Positions 59,921 to 64,000 of a DNA stretch of 64,000 nucleotides are shown here, piece by piece (positions within the stretch are counted from its first letter, which is position 1; each line of letters opens with the position of its first letter). A program made the translations under genes and the position numbers. Below the pieces are notes generated by a model, which saw nothing but the letters and a program-made list of their open reading frames with translations, ran no database searches and had not been told where the DNA came from. Source of the DNA: an uncultured Alphaproteobacteria bacterium (GTDB lineage Bacteria > Pseudomonadota > Alphaproteobacteria > Rhizobiales > Hyphomicrobiaceae); NCBI GenBank assembly GCA_963761475.1, contig CAVXGT010000019.1, positions 162,494 to 226,493 of the forward strand, written 5' to 3'.

Positions 59921-60610
59921 TCAGAGTGTGCGCAGGTGGACGCGGTATCCAAATCGCCTCTGGTCGCCACGGGGAACGGTGAGATCGACAGTCGGCGCCC
60001 TTGACCAGGCGCGGAGAAGACCCTTTACGGCTGGACGGTGGGGCGTGGGATTGCCGGTGTTGGCAGCGTGTGCTGCAGCAACGGTCATCAGGCGCTCGAG
60101 GCGATGCTCGTGAATGCCCTGCTGGCGCAGGTGCTCGACGGTGTTGATGAGGTAGTCGAGATTGGCGCCGGACTGGCCAACGGCGCCGCGAATGACCCGC
60201 GCCTGCATGGCGAGCGGCAACTCGCCCGCATAGCTCGGATGACAACGCTCGACCGTATAGGCGAGGACCATCGCTCCTGTTGCGCCGCTGTCCGCGTTGA
60301 AAGACGCCTGCGCCAGTGTCTCGCGATAGACACCGTAGATCAACTCGCGGCGGCGCAGGTAGGCGATGACGGCCGCTGCGTCAGTGCCAGCCACGCGATA
60401 GGCCACGCCCTCGCAGGCGCCGCCGCGATCGAGACCCAGGACCAATCCGGGGCGGGCCGGTGTGCCGCGGTGCATGGTCGACGCAACGCAGAAGGCGCGA
60501 TGGAAGCCGGTGACGGTGGCGCGCCGGCTTTCCGCGAACGGGAAATCCGGCCGCCACATCAGGGAGCCGTAGCCGAACACCCACAAGTCGCCACCCTTCG
60601 CGTGGGGCAC
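59921..60610 (-). CDS. Gamma-glutamylcyclotransferase, ChaC family
   Basis: LWVFGYGSLMW N-terminal motif. The C-terminus is unusually extended, so a frameshift cannot be excluded. Confidence 0.65.
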   Translation of the reverse strand: MPHAKGGDLWVFGYGSLMWRPDFPFAESRRATVTGFHRAFCVASTMHRGTPARPGLVLGLDRGGACEGVAYRVAGTDAAAVIAYLRRRELIYGVYRETLAQASFNADSGATGAMVLAYTVERCHPSYAGELPLAMQARVIRGAVGQSGANLDYLINTVEHLRQQGIHEHRLERLMTVAAAHAANTGNPTPHRPAVKGLLRAWSRAPTVDLTVPRGDQRRFGYRVHLRTL

Positions 60611-60616
60611 GAGGCT

Positions 60617-61567
60617 TTACCGCTTGGGGGCCGTGCCGGGAGGGGCATCGGCACCGTGGGGGCGGCCGAAGTCCGGCGCGGCGGTGTCTTGGCCGGCCTG
60701 GATGATGCCGCGGCGCGTCTGTCGGGCTTCGGTGAAGAGATCGAACAGGGTTTCGCCGTCACCGTAGCGGATGGCGCGCTGGAGGTGGATGAGGTCCTCG
60801 GTGAAGCGGGCCAGCATCTCGAGGGTGGCTTCGCGATTGTTGAGGAAGACGTCGCGCCACATGGTCGGATCGGAAGCGGCGATGCGGGTGAAATCGCGAA
60901 AGCCGCCGGCCGAGAACTTGATCACCTCGCTATCCGTCACGCGCTCGAGGTGGCTTGCGGTGTTAACGATATTGAAGGCGATGAGGTGGGGGACGTGGCT
61001 GGTGATGGCGAGCACCATGTCGTGGTGATCGGCATCCATGATCTCGACATTCGAACCAAGGCCTTCCCAGAAGGCCTTGAGGCGGGCGGTGGCTTCGGGA
61101 TCCGTCTCGGGCGCAGGCGTGAGAATGCACCAGCGGTTATCGTAGAGTTCGGCGAAGCCCGATTCAGGGCCGGAGTGCTCGGTGCCGGCAATGGGGTGGC
61201 CGGGCACGAAATGCACGTTGTCGGGCACCAGCGGGCCGCAGTCGCGCACAATGGTCCCCTTGACCGAACCGACGTCGGTGAGGATGGCGCCCGGCTTCAG
61301 GTGTTCGCGAATTTCTTCGGTGACGCGCATGCAGGCGCCGACCGGAACGCACAGGATCACGAGATCGGCATCCTTGACCGCATCGGCTGCCGTCTCGAAT
61401 GCCTGCTCGATCAGCCCCAGCTTCAGCGCCGTATCGCGGGTTGCCTTGGTGCGGGCGTGGCCGACGACGCGGCGCGCAAGCTTGCCGCGCCGGGCGGCAT
61501 GGCTGATCGACGATCCGATGAGGCCGATGCCGATCAGCGCGATCGTGTCGAACATTGGTGCGGTCAT
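60617..61567 (-). CDS. tyrC: Prephenate/cyclohexadienyl (arogenate) dehydrogenase
   Basis: IALIGIGLIGSSI Rossmann motif, ...VPGHPIAGTEHSG.... About 316 aa. The ORF has a spurious N-terminal extension to 61978. Confidence 0.85.
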   Translation of the reverse strand: MTAPMFDTIALIGIGLIGSSISHAARRGKLARRVVGHARTKATRDTALKLGLIEQAFETAADAVKDADLVILCVPVGACMRVTEEIREHLKPGAILTDVGSVKGTIVRDCGPLVPDNVHFVPGHPIAGTEHSGPESGFAELYDNRWCILTPAPETDPEATARLKAFWEGLGSNVEIMDADHHDMVLAITSHVPHLIAFNIVNTASHLERVTDSEVIKFSAGGFRDFTRIAASDPTMWRDVFLNNREATLEMLARFTEDLIHLQRAIRYGDGETLFDLFTEARQTRRGIIQAGQDTAAPDFGRPHGADAPPGTAPKR

Positions 61568-61572
61568 TGCAT

Positions 61573-62673
61573 TCAGGCCTTGCCCATGAACTGGGCGAGC
61601 GCGGAGACGACGGCGCGGTTGTCGCTCTCGGTGCCGATGGTCATGCGGAGCGCGTTGGGCAGGCCGTAGCCGGCGACGCGACGCATGATGATGCCCTTGG
61701 ATTTCAGGAACGTGTCGGCGGCGGCTGCGTCCTTGCCGGGCGAGGCCGGGAAATGGATCAGAATGAAGTTGCCAACCGACGGCGTCACCTCGAGGCCCGT
61801 CTTCTCGATTTCGGCGGTGGTCCAGGGCAGCCACTTGTCGTTGTGGACGAGGGATGCCTCTACGTGGGTCTTGTCCTCGATGGCGGCGATGCCGGCGGCG
61901 ATCGCCGGCGCGGTGACATTGAAGGGGCCGCGGATGCGATTGAGGACATCGGCGATGTGGGCCGGACAGTAAGCCCATCCGAGCCGTAGGGCAGCGAGGC
62001 CATAAATCTTCGAGTAGGTCCGGGTCATGACGACGTTGTCGGCGGTGGCAACCAACTCGATGCCGGCTTCGTAGTCGTTGCGGCGGACATACTCGGCATA
62101 GGCGCTGTCCAGCACCAGCAGTGTATCGGGGCGCAGCGCGGCGTGCAGGCGGCGGACCTCAGAAAAGGGAATGTAGGTGCCGGTCGGATTGTTCGGATTG
62201 TCCAGGAAGACGATCTTGGTCTTCGGTGACAGCGCGGCAATCATGGCGTCGACATCGCAGGTGTGAGCCTTGGTCTTGACGACAACGGGCGTCGCGCCAT
62301 TGCCGAGCGTGACGATGCGATAGACCAGGAAACCATGCTCGGTGAAGACCGCCTCGTCGCCATGGCCGAGGTAGGCGTGAGCAAGCAGGTTCAACAACTC
62401 GTCCGAGCCGCAGCCACATACGATGCGGGATGGATCGAGGCCGTAGACGCCGGCGATCGCCTTGCGCAGTGCGGTCGATGCGCCGTCGGGATAGCGCTCC
62501 AGCTCGTTCGATAGCGCGCGATAAGCCTCGATGGCCTTCGGGCTCGGTCCGAGAGGTGTCTCGTTGGACGAAAGCTTGATCGGCTTCAGGCCGCCCGGCA
62601 CCGTGCTTTCGCCGGGCACGTAGGGGGCGATGTCGAGAATGCCGGGTTTCGGGGTCGGGCGATCTGTTGGCAT
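61573..62673 (-). CDS. hisC: Histidinol-phosphate aminotransferase
   Basis: …[11 protein letters not shown]…; PLP lysine region …[16 protein letters not shown]…. About 366 aa. A hisC-tyrC tandem is common in alphaproteobacteria. Confidence 0.9.
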   Translation of the reverse strand: MPTDRPTPKPGILDIAPYVPGESTVPGGLKPIKLSSNETPLGPSPKAIEAYRALSNELERYPDGASTALRKAIAGVYGLDPSRIVCGCGSDELLNLLAHAYLGHGDEAVFTEHGFLVYRIVTLGNGATPVVVKTKAHTCDVDAMIAALSPKTKIVFLDNPNNPTGTYIPFSEVRRLHAALRPDTLLVLDSAYAEYVRRNDYEAGIELVATADNVVMTRTYSKIYGLAALRLGWAYCPAHIADVLNRIRGPFNVTAPAIAAGIAAIEDKTHVEASLVHNDKWLPWTTAEIEKTGLEVTPSVGNFILIHFPASPGKDAAAADTFLKSKGIIMRRVAGYGLPNALRMTIGTESDNRAVVSALAQFMGKA

Positions 62674-63120
62674 GAGGATGTCCAGGCAGCTCAAATGCGA
62701 CGCATGAAGGCCGTCGCGGCAGCCCGATAGATAGGCGGGAGACCAGCTCAACGCAAACGAGACTTTCGGCGCTGTCGCCAGCGGCGGCACCGACGGCACT
62801 GCACCTGGCACAGCGAGGGGCCGTCGCCTGCGCGCCCAAGCGTGCTGCAATGCAAGAGGTCCCCCCTGGAGTGGACCTGCCGGTGCCCGCTAAACGGGCT
62901 TCCGATCGTCAACGGGCGCTGTTAAACAGTTGCTGATGCCAGAAAAACTCACTGATTTCTCAAACCATGGAGGGCATCTTTAACCATGCCGCGAATCGAG
63001 TCACTATGTTGCACTGCGGGAATGTGACAATCGGACCTTGTACACCATCAGGTGGCACCACGGCGCCACCTCGCGAGTTGGCCAAGATGCAAGGCGTGAT
63101 TGGAACAGGGGGAAGAACGA

Positions 63121-64000
63121 ATGCTCTACCACTGGTATGAGCTGGGTCATGCCGCCGTGCGGCCGGCCCGGGTTGCGGCAGATTCCTGCCGAATGCTGCT
63201 TACCAATCCATTCAATCCGCTCACTCATACGCCGATCGGTCGACATACGGCAGCTGCCCTGGAGGTATTCGAGCGGACTACGCGGCGCTACGACAAGCCG
63301 GAGTTCGGCATAACCAGCACTGTGGTCGACGGCAAGCCGGTCAGCGTCGAGGAAGAGGTGGTGTGGCGCCATCCCTTCTGTCGCCTCATTCATTTCCGCC
63401 GCGACATCAGCTCCGAGCGGCGAGAGGCCGATCCGAAGCTACTGCTGGTGGCGCCGATGTCCGGTCACTATGCCACGCTGCTGCGTGGCACAGTGGAGGC
63501 GTTCCTGCCCGACCACGACGTCTACATCACGGATTGGTTGGATGCCCGCGACGTGCCGATGGCGGCCGGCAACTTCGATCTCGACGACTACGTCATCGTG
63601 ATGCGCGACATCTTCCGTCACTTCCGTGGCGATGTGCACGTGTTCGCCGTGTGTCAGCCGTCGGTGCCAGTCATCTCGGCGGCGGCCATCATGGAAGCGG
63701 ACGAGGAGCCCTACGTTCCGCAATCGGTGATCATGGCCGGTGGGCCGATCGATACGCGCATAAACCCGACGTCGGTCAATCAGCTGGCCGAGGAAAAAGG
63801 AACCGACTGGTTCCGGCGCAATGTGATCACGTCCGTGCCGTGGCCGAGCGCCGGGTTCGGGCGTCGCGTCTATCCGGGGTTCCTGCAACTCAGCGGTTTC
63901 ATGACGATGAATCTCGATCGCCATGTCAACGCACACAAGGATCTCTTCTTCCACCTTGTGCGCGGTGACGGCGACAACGCAGAGAAGCACCGCGACTTCT
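63121..64000 (+). CDS. phaZ: Intracellular polyhydroxyalkanoate (PHB) depolymerase PhaZ, N-terminal part (continues beyond the window end)
   Basis: MLYHWYELGHAAVRPARVAA...LLLVAPMSGHYATLLRGTVEAFLPDHDVYITDW... typical of PhaZ1-type depolymerases. The frame is open to the window end. Confidence 0.8.
   Translation, partial: MLYHWYELGHAAVRPARVAADSCRMLLTNPFNPLTHTPIGRHTAAALEVFERTTRRYDKPEFGITSTVVDGKPVSVEEEVVWRHPFCRLIHFRRDISSERREADPKLLLVAPMSGHYATLLRGTVEAFLPDHDVYITDWLDARDVPMAAGNFDLDDYVIVMRDIFRHFRGDVHVFAVCQPSVPVISAAAIMEADEEPYVPQSVIMAGGPIDTRINPTSVNQLAEEKGTDWFRRNVITSVPWPSAGFGRRVYPGFLQLSGFMTMNLDRHVNAHKDLFFHLVRGDGDNAEKHRDF

Noticed and set aside
60038-61669. 543-aa plus-strand ORF opposite chaC/tyrC
   Set aside because: Antisense artefact of high GC.
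1-64000. Searched all intergenic gaps for tRNA/tmRNA features (T-loop GTTCGAATC-like, CCA ends), CRISPR repeats, IS inverted repeats, and transposase/integrase ORFs
   Set aside because: None seen. The only TTCGAATC-like string (about 18596) lies inside a coding small ORF. No repeat arrays are present.

Overview
This 64 kb window is high-GC (about 65%) chromosomal DNA with clearly alphaproteobacterial, Rhizobiales-like content. Supporting that placement are RecA, an alpha-type SspB, the conserved thyA-folA-hflK-hflC-degP block, the plcP-btaA-btaB betaine-lipid remodeling operon, hisC-tyrC, and the gene pairs pssA/psd and typA. I call about 60 genes from protein-level pattern recognition in the six-frame track plus reading the DNA directly.

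No rRNA, tRNA, CRISPR array, transposase or integrase was found. Many long antisense and alternate-frame ORFs in the track are GC-driven artefacts and are rejected below.

The most notable observations are these:
- There is an extreme local concentration of single-base frameshifts (at least 13) confined to hflK-hflC-degP (30.5-34.2 kb). Flanking genes are intact. In each case a 1-nt indel, often in a short homopolymer, restores a well-conserved protein. This more likely reflects a sequence-quality collapse than real gene decay, but needs resequencing.
- About eight further isolated single-nucleotide frameshifts hit otherwise well-conserved genes (enoyl-CoA hydratase, HerA-like ATPase, manC, dimethylglycine dehydrogenase-like, transaldolase, a small membrane protein).
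- A steroid/lipid-catabolism-like gene cluster lies at 15-22.7 kb (MaoC double hot-dog hydratase, acyl-CoA synthetase, SDR, nitronate monooxygenase, cholesterol-oxidase-like GMC oxidoreductase, NTF2/ketosteroid-isomerase-like, muconolactone-isomerase-like).
- A large arylsulfatase carries a non-canonical C-S-T-T-R motif and is co-operonic with a signal-peptide-less ModA-like binding protein and an Asp/Glu-racemase family protein.
- Two tandem orphan FHA-domain proteins sit next to hslU.
- A sensor-less histidine kinase lies immediately upstream of a HerA-like ATPase that has a disordered tail.
- A roughly 1.1 kb low-GC, single-gene (SDR) island lies at 46.8-47.9 kb.
- Candidate regulatory sequences: a Pho box upstream of plcP, a sigma-54-like promoter upstream of manC, and palindromes upstream of sspB.
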